A DNA stretch of 54,749 nucleotides from Dehalococcoidia bacterium (GTDB lineage Bacteria > Chloroflexota > Dehalococcoidia > Lucifugimonadales > JAGWBF01), in contig JAGWBF010000003.1 in assembly GCA_021296025.1 (NCBI GenBank), positions 1 to 54,749 of the forward strand. The letters run 5' to 3'. The translations under genes were made by a program, and so were the position numbers. Below are positions 9,514 through 20,880 of this stretch, one piece after another; within the stretch, counting starts at the first letter, position 1; the number at the start of each line of letters is the position of its first letter. The notes under the pieces were generated by a model. That model did not search any database. It was not told the DNA's origin and saw only the letters and a program-made list of their open reading frames with translations.

Positions 9514-10896
9514 CTACATGCGAGGCCTAGGCGCAGTGGGTACAACCGGAGGCATAAGCTCCAGCCCTATGGCCTTTTCGCACCAGCGAGCCGCTGCTAG
9601 AAGCTTCCCCTCTCCGAACAGGTGGCCCTCCAGCTGGATCCCCAGGGGCAGCCCTTCCAAGCTTAGACCCGACGGCAGGGAGATGGTCGGCAGCCCCGCG
9701 GAGGTCCAGGGGGTCTGGAACATGGGGCTTCCCGTGGTCCCCCCGTCCAGGGGAGGCGCGGGGCTGGGGGCGGATGGAGTAAGGAGGACATCCACCGACC
9801 TGGCAAGGGCATCCATCTCCGCCCTATGTCGGCGTCGTAGCCTCTGGGCCTGCAGATAGTGCACGCCGGGTATCAGCTTGCCTATTTCGATCCACCCACG
9901 CAGCTTGGGGCTGTAGTCATCGGCCCTGGCATTGAACATATCTTCGTGGTATGCGGAGCATTCCACGTCGGTTATGGTCCGGTGGGCAGCGTAAATGGTC
10001 GCAAAGTTTGGTGGCAGCGACACCTCGACCACGTCGGCGCCGCGAGAGGCGAAGTGCTGGGCCATCTCCTCGGTGTGCCTTCGGGTCTCGGCATCGCAGT
10101 TTTCCAGGAAGAACTCGCGGATGAGACCGATCCTGGGAGCCAGAATAGGAGAGTTCAGCATCTCCCGATACTCATCGACGGGCTCCCAGGCTGAGCACGG
10201 GTCGTTGGGGTCGTAGCCCGCCATCGCGTCCAGCATTATGCCCGCATCTTCGACGGTGCGAGTCAGTATCCCCACCGTATCCATGGAGTAGCTAACCGGG
10301 ATAACACCGAAGCGGCTTACCCGTCCGTAGGTGCCCTTCAGACCGACGATGCCGTTGTAAGCCGCCGGGCGGCACGTCGAGCCTGCCGTTTGGGAACCCA
10401 GAGCACCGGCGCACATGCGGGTAGCCACGGCGACCGATGATCCGCTGCTGGAGCCTCCCGGCGTTCGAGAGGCGTTCCATGGATTGATCGTTGGAGAAGG
10501 GTCGGAAGTCGCAAATTCCGTAGTAACAGCCTTGCCCAGCACGATGGCACCCGCCTGCTTCAGCCGAACCACCGAGGTTGCATCGTGATCAGGAACGAAG
10601 TCTGCGAGCACCTTGGAACATGCCGTGGTCTTCATACCTGCAGTGTAGTAGATGTCCTTCAGTCCGATGGGCACCCCGTGAAGAGGCCCCAGCACATCCC
10701 CCTCGGCTGCTTGTTGGTCCCGACGGTGGGCCGCCCCCAGAACCTCTTCCCTATCGATGGTCACCCATGCGTGGAGGCTGGGTTCCAGCTCATCAATCAG
10801 GTCCAGGAGGGCAGTGCTCAGTTCTACCGACGAAACCTCACCGGTGCGTATAGCACCTGAGGCTTGGGCGATATTCAGATCATAAAGCTGGGGCAT
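9514..10896 (-). CDS. Amidase signature (AS) family enzyme (GatA-like amidase)
   Basis: 460 aa with GVPIGLKDIYYTAGMKTT and the GGSSSGSSVAVA amidase signature. Confidence 0.9.
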   Translation of the reverse strand: MPQLYDLNIAQASGAIRTGEVSSVELSTALLDLIDELEPSLHAWVTIDREEVLGAAHRRDQQAAEGDVLGPLHGVPIGLKDIYYTAGMKTTACSKVLADFVPDHDATSVVRLKQAGAIVLGKAVTTEFATSDPSPTINPWNASRTPGGSSSGSSVAVATRMCAGALGSQTAGSTCRPAAYNGIVGLKGTYGRVSRFGVIPVSYSMDTVGILTRTVEDAGIMLDAMAGYDPNDPCSAWEPVDEYREMLNSPILAPRIGLIREFFLENCDAETRRHTEEMAQHFASRGADVVEVSLPPNFATIYAAHRTITDVECSAYHEDMFNARADDYSPKLRGWIEIGKLIPGVHYLQAQRLRRRHRAEMDALARSVDVLLTPSAPSPAPPLDGGTTGSPMFQTPWTSAGLPTISLPSGLSLEGLPLGIQLEGHLFGEGKLLAAARWCEKAIGLELMPPVVPTAPRPRM

Positions 10897-10956
10897 AACA
10901 CCCTCCTAATGCTCTGCGGATCAAAGGGGTATCCAGGGAACAGCAGCCATCCGGAC

Positions 10957-11589
10957 CTATTTAGTTGAGATCTCGATGGTGTTTATGGTGACATCTTCCA
11001 AGGGCTTGTCACTGGCCCCCGTGCGGACCCGGGAGATGGCCTCCGCCACGTCCTGACCTGTAGTCACCGTCCCAAAGATGGTGTGGCCCCCGTTCAGGTG
11101 GGGAGTGGGCACCGTTGTGATGAAGAACTGGCTTCCATTGGTGCCTGTTCCTCCACCCCGGTTTGCCATGGCAAGATAGCCTGCCCGGTCGAACTTCAAT
11201 TCAGGATCGATCTCGTCGGCAAACTGGTAGCCTGGCCCACCAGTGCCGGTGCCGGTGGGGTCTCCACCCTGGATCATGAACTGGGGGATGACACGATGAA
11301 AGATGATGCCATCATAGTAGTCGTCCTTGGCAAGAAACACGAAGCTGTTGACGGTGTTGGGAGCTTGTTCGGCGTACAAGTCCACTACTATGTCGCCCAT
11401 GCTGGTGTTTATGGTCGCCGTGTAGTTCTTCCCGGGCTCTATTACCGTGGCCGGGAACTCCGAGTACTGTTTCGCCATGCTACCTCCGGGGGTTGCAGTA
11501 GGAGTCTCAGTAGGGGAAGCCCCGCCGCATGAGACCGCCATCAACATCACAAGGGCGACCAGGAAGGACATCGCCGCCAATCTGAGCAT
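10957..11589 (-). CDS. Cyclophilin-type peptidyl-prolyl cis-trans isomerase, lipoprotein
   Basis: Signal peptide ending LMAVSCGG (lipobox). The cyclophilin core has [15 protein letters not shown] and SQFFIT. Confidence 0.9.
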   Translation of the reverse strand: MLRLAAMSFLVALVMLMAVSCGGASPTETPTATPGGSMAKQYSEFPATVIEPGKNYTATINTSMGDIVVDLYAEQAPNTVNSFVFLAKDDYYDGIIFHRVIPQFMIQGGDPTGTGTGGPGYQFADEIDPELKFDRAGYLAMANRGGGTGTNGSQFFITTVPTPHLNGGHTIFGTVTTGQDVAEAISRVRTGASDKPLEDVTINTIEISTK

Positions 11590-11775
11590 GGGGCCATTAT
11601 AGTTGCATGAGGGTGCTGTGTCATCCCAACGCCAATCAGGGCCCTCGGCGCCGGGGATTGACCACTCAACTCTTCTAAAGCTACACTTCTCCCGTCGCCC
11701 CCATCCACCGCCGGATGAAGGGGTCTCACATTAGCTCCCACGTTACATGACAATCAAGTTCAGCAAGGGGGTCCA

Positions 11776-12216
11776 GTGGACTGTCCAAGATGCACAGTGC
11801 CCCTGAAGGTGGAAGGCCACAAGGGTCTCTCAATAGACCGGTGTCCCAAGTGCCAGGGGCTATGGCTGGACTACTCTGAGCTGGACGAGCTGGAAGACAG
11901 AGTGATGGATGAGGACTCTGCCAAGGGAGCGATGATGTTCCGGTCCCATGGCGGGGAGCTTTCATGCCCCAAGTGCAGCGAAACTATGGAGTGGTTCCGC
12001 TACCGGCACTACGACATGGAGATCGATTTCTGCCCCAAGGAACATGGTTTCTGGCTGGACAAAGGCGAGGAGAAGCGGGTTGTCGAGATCATGGAGCAGC
12101 GGGCAAAAGACCTGAAAAGGTCAGCCAGCGCCGAGGCCCAGTGGGAAAGCTTCCTGGCTGGGATGAAGTCCAAGGGCTTTATGACCAAGGTGAAAGACTT
12201 ATTCAAGAGGCGGTAA
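11776..12216 (+). CDS. Tandem TFIIB-type zinc-ribbon (zf-TFIIB) protein
   Basis: Two CPxC...CPKC units (CPRC...CPKCQGLWLD and CPKCSETM...FCPKEHGFWLD) followed by a basic tail. GTG start. Confidence 0.7.
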   Translation: MDCPRCTVPLKVEGHKGLSIDRCPKCQGLWLDYSELDELEDRVMDEDSAKGAMMFRSHGGELSCPKCSETMEWFRYRHYDMEIDFCPKEHGFWLDKGEEKRVVEIMEQRAKDLKRSASAEAQWESFLAGMKSKGFMTKVKDLFKRR

Positions 12217-12306
12217 GCCCGCCATTTGGCCCACAGACCGTGGTCGGGGACGCAGCTCTGTCGGTCATCGTTTCCACATCCTGGCACTATCTCGGGAGGT
12301 AGAAGC

Positions 12307-13182
12307 ATGGAAAACCCCAAGTTCGTGGATGTCAAAGGAGTACGTACCCGTTACTTCGAGTCAGGCCAAGGCGACCCTTTGGTGCTTGTGCATGGCGGCG
12401 CTTTCGGCGGGTTCGACAACGCCGAGGACTGGGAAGTGAACTTCGATTCCCTGGCCGAACAATTCCACACCTACGCCATTGACAAGGTGGGACAGGGTTT
12501 CAGCGATCCTCCCCTGTCCGATGAAGAGTTCGTGATTGGCGCCCATGTCAATCACATCTACGACTTCATGTCGGCGGTAGGCATCGACAGCGCCCACGTT
12601 GCCGGGCATTCCCGGGGAGGCTATGCGGTAACCCGCCTCGCCCTGGAGCACCCCGAGGTGGTTAGGACCCTGACCATCATAGACAGCTCCACCCTGATGA
12701 CCCCGCCGAACCCCATCTACGACGAGTGGGCCAGGCAGGCCGCCAACATTCCCGATCCCCGAGAGCAGATCAGGTACTTGATGGGCGCAAACTCCTTCAG
12801 GGATGATCACGTCACCGAGCACTACATCGACGTAGCCTTGGAGATTCGGGACTTGCCGAAGTCCAAGGATGTGGTAAGGCGCATGGACGACGGGCTTCGG
12901 GACCAGTTCAAGACCGACCTGGTAGCCCGTCAGCCGGAGACCCATGCATGGATAAGGGATGGAGGCATTAAGTGCCCCACGCTGGTGATCTGGGCTTTCA
13001 ACGACCCATCGGCCACCATGGAACACTGTGGCATACCGTGCATGGAGCTGATCCTGCCGTCAGTTCCCAACTCCCAGATGCACATCGTCAATGAAGCGGG
13101 CCATTACTGCTACCGAGAGCAGCCCGAGGCGTTCGAGGATGTCCTGGTCACCTTCATCAAGAAGAATTCGGAAGAGGGCTAA
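12307..13182 (+). CDS. Alpha/beta hydrolase, meta-cleavage-product (C-C bond) hydrolase-like
   Basis: VRTRYFESGQGDPLVLVHGG and the nucleophile elbow AGHSRGG. I prefer the ATG at 12307 (MENPKF). Confidence 0.85.
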   Translation: MENPKFVDVKGVRTRYFESGQGDPLVLVHGGAFGGFDNAEDWEVNFDSLAEQFHTYAIDKVGQGFSDPPLSDEEFVIGAHVNHIYDFMSAVGIDSAHVAGHSRGGYAVTRLALEHPEVVRTLTIIDSSTLMTPPNPIYDEWARQAANIPDPREQIRYLMGANSFRDDHVTEHYIDVALEIRDLPKSKDVVRRMDDGLRDQFKTDLVARQPETHAWIRDGGIKCPTLVIWAFNDPSATMEHCGIPCMELILPSVPNSQMHIVNEAGHYCYREQPEAFEDVLVTFIKKNSEEG

Positions 13183-13185
13183 TCC

Positions 13186-13698
13186 ATGCCTTACACGCTG
13201 GACGACCTAGATGCAATGACCATAAACGAGGCCCAAGGCCTGCCCTTTGCCGACCGGGATGCCATCCTGGACCTGATCATCGCCGACGGGCGCAAGCGAT
13301 CCACCCCCGACATATCCCACCGGGTAGGTCTGTATCACGACTATTTCGACGAGGACCTGACCCGGATGCTCAAGGTGAAGGCTGTCCGGGTGCTATGCCG
13401 TGGAACCACCGAGTCCGGCTTCGACGGGGTTATCGTGGGCGACACGGATGAGGAGCACTACAGGGCGGCCTTTCGTCACCTGGAGACCACCCTGAAGGCC
13501 GCCGGTTCCAGCTATGACCGGGTGGTTACCATGATGGTGTTCCTGACCAACATGGACAACTGGCCCATGCTTAACGAGGTCTATAAGGAGTTCGTGCACA
13601 ACCAGCCTTGCCGAGCAGTTATAGGCACAACCGGACTGGCTGAAAAGCCCCTCATGATCGAAATCGTCGAATGCCTTGCATACAGGGTCAGCCCCTAG
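13186..13698 (+). CDS. RidA/YjgF family protein with an N-terminal extension
   Basis: The C-terminal half (VVTMMVFLTNMDNWPMLNEVYKEF...RAVIGTTGLAEKPLMIEIVECLA) matches the RidA endoribonuclease L-PSP fold. It starts 4 nt after the hydrolase stop. Confidence 0.75.
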   Translation: MPYTLDDLDAMTINEAQGLPFADRDAILDLIIADGRKRSTPDISHRVGLYHDYFDEDLTRMLKVKAVRVLCRGTTESGFDGVIVGDTDEEHYRAAFRHLETTLKAAGSSYDRVVTMMVFLTNMDNWPMLNEVYKEFVHNQPCRAVIGTTGLAEKPLMIEIVECLAYRVSP

Positions 13699-13741
13699 CC
13701 TCAGCTTGCCGGCAAACGCGTCGTAGCCATCCATCTCGCTT

Positions 13742-14845
13742 CTATGACGTGGGCCACACCACCTCTTTTCTTCCGTTGTGCCACTGCACCAGGGGCACAC
13801 TCCGCCCCACCTGGGCGCCTGTGGCTGGGTCTATCTCGAAGGGGCCGTAGAATGTCGTAAAGCGCGTCCGCCTCGCAGTCTCCATGAGGATGTCGCTGTC
13901 CAGGGTCCCGGCTTCCGTCACGCACCGCTCGACCGCCAGCCCCGCAGCATACGCCTGGGCCATTGTGTAGTCCGCCTCCGATTCACGGAACCCAGCATGC
14001 CTGCCCTGGAGTTCCGCAGTAGTCGGGCCATAATCCAGCGCGTAGGACAAGCCCGGCTCCCACTGGCTGGGGCCGATGAACCCCTCCGCCAGCGTGCCCA
14101 TCTCCTCCCCGAACAGGGAGACGCCTGCTGCAACCACCACAAGCGCCTCTGCACCAAAGTCCGTCATAGCTAGCTTCCGCGCCAGCGATAGATCGTCCTG
14201 TATGAGCCCAACCCCAACGACTACATCAGGGGAGCAATCCCTGATGCGCCTCACTGTAGAAGCGAATTCCGGGCGGTCGGACTCATACACTTCGTCGAAC
14301 ACGACATCCCAACCGCACTGCATGGCCCGCTCCACGAATCCCCCAGCCACAGCCTTGGGGAACGAGCCGCGGGAAGAGCGGAGAATGGCAGCTTTCCGGG
14401 GGCGGGGATCCATGTTAATCAGGAACTCCGTCACCCCCCAAAGGTACCTGGAAGCGTGGGACAGGATGCTGACGACCCTGCTGAAGCCACCGTACTGGAC
14501 AGCATCTGACGCGCCCCCATGGTTCCACAGCACCATGCCCAGCTCATCGCTAACGCGGGCGCAGGCCAGGGTGAGGGAGCTGGAATAGGGACCTAGCAGG
14601 ATATCCACCCGGTCTTCGTTAATCAGCTTGCGGGATATGGAAGCCGCTGTTGCAGGCCTGCTCCCATCGTCGTAGTAGAGGAGATGTACCGGTAAAGGGT
14701 CCGAGGACTCGGTTAGGCGCATTCCGCCCCCGGCGTTACAGTCATCTACCCAGCATCTAACGCCGTCTAAGGCCTGCACTCCCTGGCTGCTGAACAGGCC
14801 TGTTAGGGAAATGGGCAGGCCTACTCTGATGGCATCTCTGCTCAA
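13742..14845 (-). CDS. LivK/Peripla_BP_6-type (branched-chain amino acid/amide) binding-fold protein, no signal peptide
   Basis: 367 aa with IRVGLPISLTGLFSSQGVQALDG at the N-terminus and YSSSLTLA, typical of type-I PBPs. No hydrophobic leader. Confidence 0.7.
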   Translation of the reverse strand: MSRDAIRVGLPISLTGLFSSQGVQALDGVRCWVDDCNAGGGMRLTESSDPLPVHLLYYDDGSRPATAASISRKLINEDRVDILLGPYSSSLTLACARVSDELGMVLWNHGGASDAVQYGGFSRVVSILSHASRYLWGVTEFLINMDPRPRKAAILRSSRGSFPKAVAGGFVERAMQCGWDVVFDEVYESDRPEFASTVRRIRDCSPDVVVGVGLIQDDLSLARKLAMTDFGAEALVVVAAGVSLFGEEMGTLAEGFIGPSQWEPGLSYALDYGPTTAELQGRHAGFRESEADYTMAQAYAAGLAVERCVTEAGTLDSDILMETARRTRFTTFYGPFEIDPATGAQVGRSVPLVQWHNGRKEVVWPTS

Positions 14846-14877
14846 GGGCCTCCCGAAAGAAGTACCCCCTCGAACGC

Positions 14878-16068
14878 CTACTCGCCGCTCAGGGGTCGGA
14901 AGATGCCGAATGAGCTGGTGTAGCCATGGAGGTAGGTAGATCCGGCCACAGGCCCGATCTCTCCGTTGCAGAAGAACCCTCCGAGGGGAACGTATCCGAG
15001 GGCGTCCGTGAACAAGCCGGTGTCGTGGTCGGGGCGGCCGTACAGGTATTCACCCCTGCCCAGGCAGGAAAACAGCAGGGCTCCCGAGGTGGTTGTAGCA
15101 CGCTCCTCCTCGGCATACCTGACAAGGAGGGCCGACAAGTCTTCCGCCGAGGTGATGGCATCCCGGAGATGGAACTGCACCCGTTGTCCCTCTCGCAGCA
15201 TCTCTCCTATTGCGATGGAACCACCCTGGGAGTCCACTCCCATAACGTTGCGAATCAGGAAGTCCCCCTGCTGAGGGTTGTCGATGAAGTCGTCCATAAC
15301 GATCCCAAGGAACAAGGAGTTTTGCATTAGGGACTGGTCCCGCTCGCTGGAACGCACGAAAATCTCCTTCAACACCTCCAAGGGAGGACGCTCATCGAGG
15401 GCAACCAGCATGTTGTTGCTACTCTCGGTTATGCACATCAGCTCCCCGATTGGGCGGCATCCCTGGGCCACAACCGTGTCCACAACTATGTTGCCCTTCA
15501 GGGCAAGCCCAATAGCCCCCAAGCGGTGCACCTCGTCCCCCAGGAACAGGACATTCTGACCAGGCTGTTGGCCGCCGCTGGCCAGGCCTCCAATCTTCGT
15601 GCTGCCCCTGTAGGCGTAGTCGATCCCTTCGATGAACGCCTGGGCGGGAAAGCTGTATGGGTCCGCAACCAGCATAAAGTAGGGACTATCTTCGGCTGGC
15701 ACTCCAAGGGCTTCCTCCCACCTGGAAGGACTGGCATCCTGATCGGGGATGTCGCTGCCGACCAGGTGAAAGGCCTTCACGTCCACCCCAGGCAGGGAAG
15801 CCACCGTCAGAGAGACGCCCGGGCTGTGTTCCACCTCCCTGGAGCCTCCAATAACCCCTCCCGCCGAACATCCGAACACCAGGATATTCCCAAGGTGCTC
15901 CCGAATGATGGATGGCACCCGGTCATACTCCCCGGCGAAGTGATGGGACACGAAGACAACGGCAACATCTCCTTGCTCGCCGCCCAGCTGCTCTTTGATC
16001 TGGGAGGTGCAGCTGATGAGAGCTTCCTCAAGGGACTCTTTGTTGGACACGGTGGAAGACCATTTCAT
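14878..16068 (-). CDS. FIST N/C domain-containing sensory protein
   Basis: 396 aa. The layout (DVAVVFVSHHF ... FGCSAGGVIG ... LLFSCLGRG ... GFFCNGEIGPV) is the FIST_N plus FIST_C pattern. Confidence 0.75.
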   Translation of the reverse strand: MKWSSTVSNKESLEEALISCTSQIKEQLGGEQGDVAVVFVSHHFAGEYDRVPSIIREHLGNILVFGCSAGGVIGGSREVEHSPGVSLTVASLPGVDVKAFHLVGSDIPDQDASPSRWEEALGVPAEDSPYFMLVADPYSFPAQAFIEGIDYAYRGSTKIGGLASGGQQPGQNVLFLGDEVHRLGAIGLALKGNIVVDTVVAQGCRPIGELMCITESSNNMLVALDERPPLEVLKEIFVRSSERDQSLMQNSLFLGIVMDDFIDNPQQGDFLIRNVMGVDSQGGSIAIGEMLREGQRVQFHLRDAITSAEDLSALLVRYAEEERATTTSGALLFSCLGRGEYLYGRPDHDTGLFTDALGYVPLGGFFCNGEIGPVAGSTYLHGYTSSFGIFRPLSGE

Positions 16069-16307
16069 TACGCCACATCTCCAGCGTGGGATAGATTCAC
16101 CCAGTTATCACCTTGGTCGCAACCGGCCTTTTCCAGTATATCAGAGCCAGGGTTGCCCTTTCATCCCGCCCCACGGGCGGGAGAGTTCCGAAGAGAATGA
16201 TGGACCGGATGAAATATAGCTTTTCCTGTCGTCATGGGGGAGAATATGACAATCGGCCGTACTTCATTCTTAGCCGCCCTCATGATGATAAAGCGAGAGG
16301 TGCATCC

Positions 16308-18350
16308 ATGCCCAACCATCTCATCAACGAGACCAGTCCATACCTGCTCCAGCACGCCAACAACCCGGTGGACTGGTACCCCTGGGGTGAGGAAGCCCTC
16401 TCCAAGGCCCAGGGGGAGGACAAGCCCATCCTCCTGAGCATCGGGTATTCAGCCTGCCACTGGTGCCACGTCATGGAGCGGGAATCCTTCGAAGACCCCG
16501 GCATCGCGCGGATAATGAACGAGAACTACGTGTGCATCAAGGTTGACCGGGAAGAGAGGCCGGACCTCGACAGCATATACATGAACGCTGTCCAGGCCCT
16601 TACCGGCGGCGGTGGCTGGCCTATGACCGTGTTTCTCACCCCCGATGCCCGTCCCTTCTATGGAGGCAACTACTTCCCACCCGAGGACCGGGGAGGCATG
16701 GTCGGGTTTCCCAAACTGTTGGCGCGGGTCGCCGAAGCCTTCAGGAGCAGGCGGGGAGAGGTTGTGCAGACCACCAACGAGCTGCTGAACCACATTCAGC
16801 CCTCTCCTCCAGCCCGGAGCGCCGACCCCTTGAGCTCCGAGGTCCTGCACGATGCCATGGCCACCCTGGTGCAAGGGTTCGATTTCGACAACGGAGGCTT
16901 TGGCTCCGCTCCCAAGTTTCCACAGCCAATGATCTACGAGTTCCTGCTCAACTATCACCACATCAACAAGGACCCCTTCGCTCTGCAGATGGTGGAGATG
17001 TCGGCGGAGAGGATGGGGCGCGGCGGGATGTACGACCAGATCGGCGGGGGCTTCCACAGGTACTCGACCGATGCCCACTGGCTGGTGCCCCACTTCGAGA
17101 AGATGCTCTACGACAACGCCCTGCTCAGCAGGCTTTACCTGCACCTCTTCCAGGCAACGGGCAACGGCTGGTACCAGCGCATCGCCGAGGAGACCCTGGA
17201 CTATGTGCTGCGGGAGATGACTGACCCGGCTGGAGGCTTCTACTCCACCCAGGACGCCGACAGCGAGGGGGTGGAGGGCAAGTTCTTCGTCTGGTCAATA
17301 GACGAGATTGCAGGCTTGCTGGGGCCGGTCGACGGGCCCATCGTGGCGGGTTACCTGGGGGCCTCCGAGGCCGGTAACTTCGAGGGGCGCAACATCTTTC
17401 ACCTTCCCGAGGCGACTGGACCGTACGCCGAGAAACACGGGCTGTCCATAGAAGAGCTAATAGATAAGGTGCAGCAGGGAAAGGCCTCTCTCCTGGAGGA
17501 GCGGGAGACCCGCATCCATCCCGCCCGGGACGAGAAAGTGCTCACTGCATGGAACGGACTGATGATCCGCAGCTTCGCCGAAGCCGCCTCAATTCTGGGG
17601 CGAGACGACTACAGGCAGGCAGCTCTGAACAGCGCGACCTTCATTCTGGACAATCTCCGGAAGGACGGCCGCCTCCTCCGCACCTACAAGGATGGCCAGG
17701 CGAAGCTGAACGGCTATCTTGAGGACTACGCCTGCATGGCCCATGGTCTGTTGGCCCTGTACGAGGCAACCTTCGACGCCCGATGGTTCGATGAAGCCAA
17801 CGCCCTTGGGAGGGACATGGTAGACCTGTTCTGGGATGAGGCCCAGGGCATCTTCTATGACACCAGCCGGGACCATGAAGCCCTGGTGGTGCGCCCCCGG
17901 GACTTCTTCGACAATGCGACGCCATGCGGAGGCTCGGTAGCTACCGGGGTCCTTCTTCAGCTGGGGGTATTGACCGGGGATGGTGAATACTCCCGGCGAG
18001 CATCGGCCGCCATGCACGCAGTCCAGCAGCACTTGGCGCGAATCGCTCAAGGGATGGGACGCTGGCTGGCCAACGTGTGCTTCTACACCTCGGCCCCCAA
18101 GGAGATCGCCATCATCGGCGACCCATCGTCGGCGGACACTCAGGCCCTGATGAGGGAGGTCTACCAGCGCTACCTTCCTAACAAGGTTGTGGCCGGCGCC
18201 GGTGCCCCCGTGGCCGACGACCACGCTACGCCCCTGCTCCAGGAGCGGGGGATGATCGACGGCAAGCCCACGGCTTACGTCTGCGAGAACTACTCCTGCC
18301 AGCTTCCTGTAACAACCCCCGAGGAGCTGGCCTCCCAGCTGGAGCAGTAG
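16308..18350 (+). CDS. Thioredoxin-domain protein (DUF255 / YyaL / SPATA20-like, N-terminal Trx fold plus six-hairpin glycosidase-like domain)
   Basis: [24 protein letters not shown]...[18 protein letters not shown] is the DUF255 signature. I chose the ATG at 16308. The upstream part of the track ORF lies in the divergent intergenic region. Confidence 0.85.
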   Translation: MPNHLINETSPYLLQHANNPVDWYPWGEEALSKAQGEDKPILLSIGYSACHWCHVMERESFEDPGIARIMNENYVCIKVDREERPDLDSIYMNAVQALTGGGGWPMTVFLTPDARPFYGGNYFPPEDRGGMVGFPKLLARVAEAFRSRRGEVVQTTNELLNHIQPSPPARSADPLSSEVLHDAMATLVQGFDFDNGGFGSAPKFPQPMIYEFLLNYHHINKDPFALQMVEMSAERMGRGGMYDQIGGGFHRYSTDAHWLVPHFEKMLYDNALLSRLYLHLFQATGNGWYQRIAEETLDYVLREMTDPAGGFYSTQDADSEGVEGKFFVWSIDEIAGLLGPVDGPIVAGYLGASEAGNFEGRNIFHLPEATGPYAEKHGLSIEELIDKVQQGKASLLEERETRIHPARDEKVLTAWNGLMIRSFAEAASILGRDDYRQAALNSATFILDNLRKDGRLLRTYKDGQAKLNGYLEDYACMAHGLLALYEATFDARWFDEANALGRDMVDLFWDEAQGIFYDTSRDHEALVVRPRDFFDNATPCGGSVATGVLLQLGVLTGDGEYSRRASAAMHAVQQHLARIAQGMGRWLANVCFYTSAPKEIAIIGDPSSADTQALMREVYQRYLPNKVVAGAGAPVADDHATPLLQERGMIDGKPTAYVCENYSCQLPVTTPEELASQLEQ

Positions 18351-18609
18351 CCGGCTTCTACCCTTCCTAGAGCTCAGCCCTCCGTCATGCCACATCTTTC
18401 GTAGTTGCGGCGAAGGCTGCAATGACGGGGCAGGCTTCCCACCAGAAACGGGACGGGTTCGCATCCTGCCTTTGGCCGGAGAGATTGGGGATGTTGACGA
18501 CCATCCTACCCACACCTTCTCTTTGGATGTATAATTGGGCAGACTTCCAGAGAGCATCCTAGCTACGTTCCCTGACTGGAAGCCCCACACCACGCTTTTG
18601 GAGAGATTC

Positions 18610-19815
18610 ATGGCTGACAACCAGGTTATTGAAGCTGCCAAGGAGAAGTTCGGCGTCGTGCTGCAACAGCAGTTGGAGCGGGTCGAACGGCTCAAGTCCG
18701 AGCTGGACTGGACCGACTACAGCAAGGTCAGTCCCATCATCGTCGGCACCATCGGTGGAGACGGTATCGGCCCTTACATCGCCGCCGAAGCCCAGCGGGT
18801 GCTGGAGTTCCTCCTCCGCAACGAGGTAGCTTCAGGCAAGGTAGTCTTCAAGACCATCGAAGGCCTGACCATCGAAAATCGGGCCGCCAACCTCAAGAGC
18901 ATACCCGACGATGTCCTGGCTGAGATCAAGACCTGCCATGTCACCCTGAAGGGTCCCACTCACACACCAGAGCGGGGCGACGGCTGGCCCAACCTGGAGA
19001 GCGCCAACGTCTCCATGCGCAAGGAGCTGGACCTCTTTGCCAACGTGCGGCCCGTGCGCATCCCCCAGCAAGGCATCGACTGGACCTTCTTCCGCGAGAA
19101 CACCGAGGATATGTACGCCGTGGGCAGCCAGGGAGTCAACGTCACCGAGGACCTGGGAATCGACTTTCGTGTCATCACCAGCCAGGGTTCGGAGCGCATC
19201 ATCGAGGCAGCCTTTGCCCACGCCAAGCGCACGGGCAAAGACAACGTTACCGTCGTTACCAAGGCGAACATCGTCAAGACCACCGACGGCAAGTTCCTGG
19301 ACATCGCCCGGATGGTGTCCGAAAGGTACCCCGGCATCACCTGGGAGGGCTGGTACATCGACCTTATGACAGCCGCCCTCATCAACCCCGCCCGTCAGAA
19401 ACAGTTCCAAGTCCTGGTGCTGCCCAACCTGTACGGAGACATCCTCACCGACGAAGCTGCCCAGATACAGGGAGGCGTCGGCACCGCCGGCAGCGCCAAC
19501 ATGGGCAAGGCATACGCTATGTTCGAAGCCATTCATGGAAGCGCCCCCCGTATGGTCAACGAAGGCCGGGCCCAGTACGCCGACCCCAGCTCCATGATGC
19601 GGGCAGGGGCGATGCTCCTGACCCACCTGGGATTCGAAGAGATGGGGGACAAGCTGCACAAAGCCCTGGATATATGCGGGCAGTATGAGCGCAGCGTGGT
19701 GATGACAGGACGAAGCAACGGCGCCACGGGCGAGGACTTCGGCAACTATCTGATGAGCACCATCGAGGACGCTAGCCTGGAGGAACGCTGGGAGCAGTAC
19801 GTCCGGGAAGCTTAG
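18610..19815 (+). CDS. icd: Isocitrate/isopropylmalate dehydrogenase family protein (probable NAD(P)-isocitrate dehydrogenase) with a ~40-aa N-terminal extension
   Basis: GGDGIGPYI, the NLYGDILTDEAAQIQGGVG motif and its position directly upstream of mdh. ATG at 18610 (MADNQ). Confidence 0.75.
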   Translation: MADNQVIEAAKEKFGVVLQQQLERVERLKSELDWTDYSKVSPIIVGTIGGDGIGPYIAAEAQRVLEFLLRNEVASGKVVFKTIEGLTIENRAANLKSIPDDVLAEIKTCHVTLKGPTHTPERGDGWPNLESANVSMRKELDLFANVRPVRIPQQGIDWTFFRENTEDMYAVGSQGVNVTEDLGIDFRVITSQGSERIIEAAFAHAKRTGKDNVTVVTKANIVKTTDGKFLDIARMVSERYPGITWEGWYIDLMTAALINPARQKQFQVLVLPNLYGDILTDEAAQIQGGVGTAGSANMGKAYAMFEAIHGSAPRMVNEGRAQYADPSSMMRAGAMLLTHLGFEEMGDKLHKALDICGQYERSVVMTGRSNGATGEDFGNYLMSTIEDASLEERWEQYVREA

Positions 19816-19892
19816 GTAATGGGCGAGACCTCCAGAAATAGGGTAAGCAAGCCAATTTTCTAAGGGAACCAATCGCAAGAAAGGCAGGACAA

Positions 19893-20828
19893 ATGGCTCG
19901 GAAGAAAGTCACGGTGGTTGGGGCGGGGAATGTCGGTGCAACCACCGCCCAGCGGATACACGGGTTGGGTTACGCCGACGTAGTCTTGGTGGACGTTGTA
20001 GAAGACCTGCCCCAGGGTAAGGGCCTGGATATGCTGGAGTCGGGACCTGTCCTCGGCTCCGATGCCCAGATCGCGGGCAGCAACGGCTACGAGGCTACGG
20101 CAGGATCCGACCTGGCCATCGTCACGGCGGGCATCGCCCGTAGGCCCGGCATGAGCAGGGACGACCTGCTGCTGACCAACATGAAGATAATCGGCGATGT
20201 CACCCGTTCGGTGGTGGAACACTCCCCCGACTGCGTGCTGATGGTGGTCACCAACCCCTTGGACGCCATGGTGCAGCACGCCTACGAGGTCAGCGGCTTC
20301 CCTCGCCACCAGGTGTTCGGCATGGCGGGGGTTCTGGACACCGCCAGGTTCCGCACCTTCATAGCCCTGGAGCTGGACGTATCGGTAGAAGACATACAGG
20401 CTGTGGTCCTGGGAAGCCATGGGGACGACATGGTCCCCCTGGTGCGCTACACCTCCGTCGGCGGAATACCCCTGACGGAACTTTTGCCAGATGAGAAAAT
20501 AGAGCAACTGGTGCAAAGGACCCGCCAGGGAGGCGGCGAGATAGTCCAGCTGCTGAAGGCCGGCAGCGCCTACTACGCCCCTTCGGCGGCGGTGTGCCAG
20601 ATGGCTGAGGCGGTGCTGCTGGACAAGAAGCGCATCCTGCCCTGTTCCGTTTACCTGGACGGGGAGTACGGCATCCAGGGCCTCTACGTGGGCGTGCCGG
20701 TAAAGCTGGGTGCCAACGGCATCGAAGAGATAGTGCAGGTGGACCTGACCCAGGCGGAAAAGGATGCCCTCAATCTTTCCGCCAACAACGTCAAAGAGTT
20801 GCTTGAGGTTATGAAGAACGCTGCGTAA
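19893..20828 (+). CDS. mdh: Malate dehydrogenase (LDH-like, NAD-dependent)
   Basis: 311 aa with [32 protein letters not shown] and the catalytic [10 protein letters not shown]. Confidence 0.92.
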   Translation: MARKKVTVVGAGNVGATTAQRIHGLGYADVVLVDVVEDLPQGKGLDMLESGPVLGSDAQIAGSNGYEATAGSDLAIVTAGIARRPGMSRDDLLLTNMKIIGDVTRSVVEHSPDCVLMVVTNPLDAMVQHAYEVSGFPRHQVFGMAGVLDTARFRTFIALELDVSVEDIQAVVLGSHGDDMVPLVRYTSVGGIPLTELLPDEKIEQLVQRTRQGGGEIVQLLKAGSAYYAPSAAVCQMAEAVLLDKKRILPCSVYLDGEYGIQGLYVGVPVKLGANGIEEIVQVDLTQAEKDALNLSANNVKELLEVMKNAA

Positions 20829-20880
20829 ACTTCGGTCTGTGTTCTCTCGTTGAGCCTATCTTGGCCTGAAGGATGGTCCC

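Noticed and set aside
16160-16190. GC-rich hairpin (CCCGCC-CCACG-GGCGGG) in the FIST/DUF255 divergent intergenic region.
   Set aside because: It is a short stem in GC-rich DNA between two divergent starts. There is no U-tract, repeat copy or motif to support a specific function.
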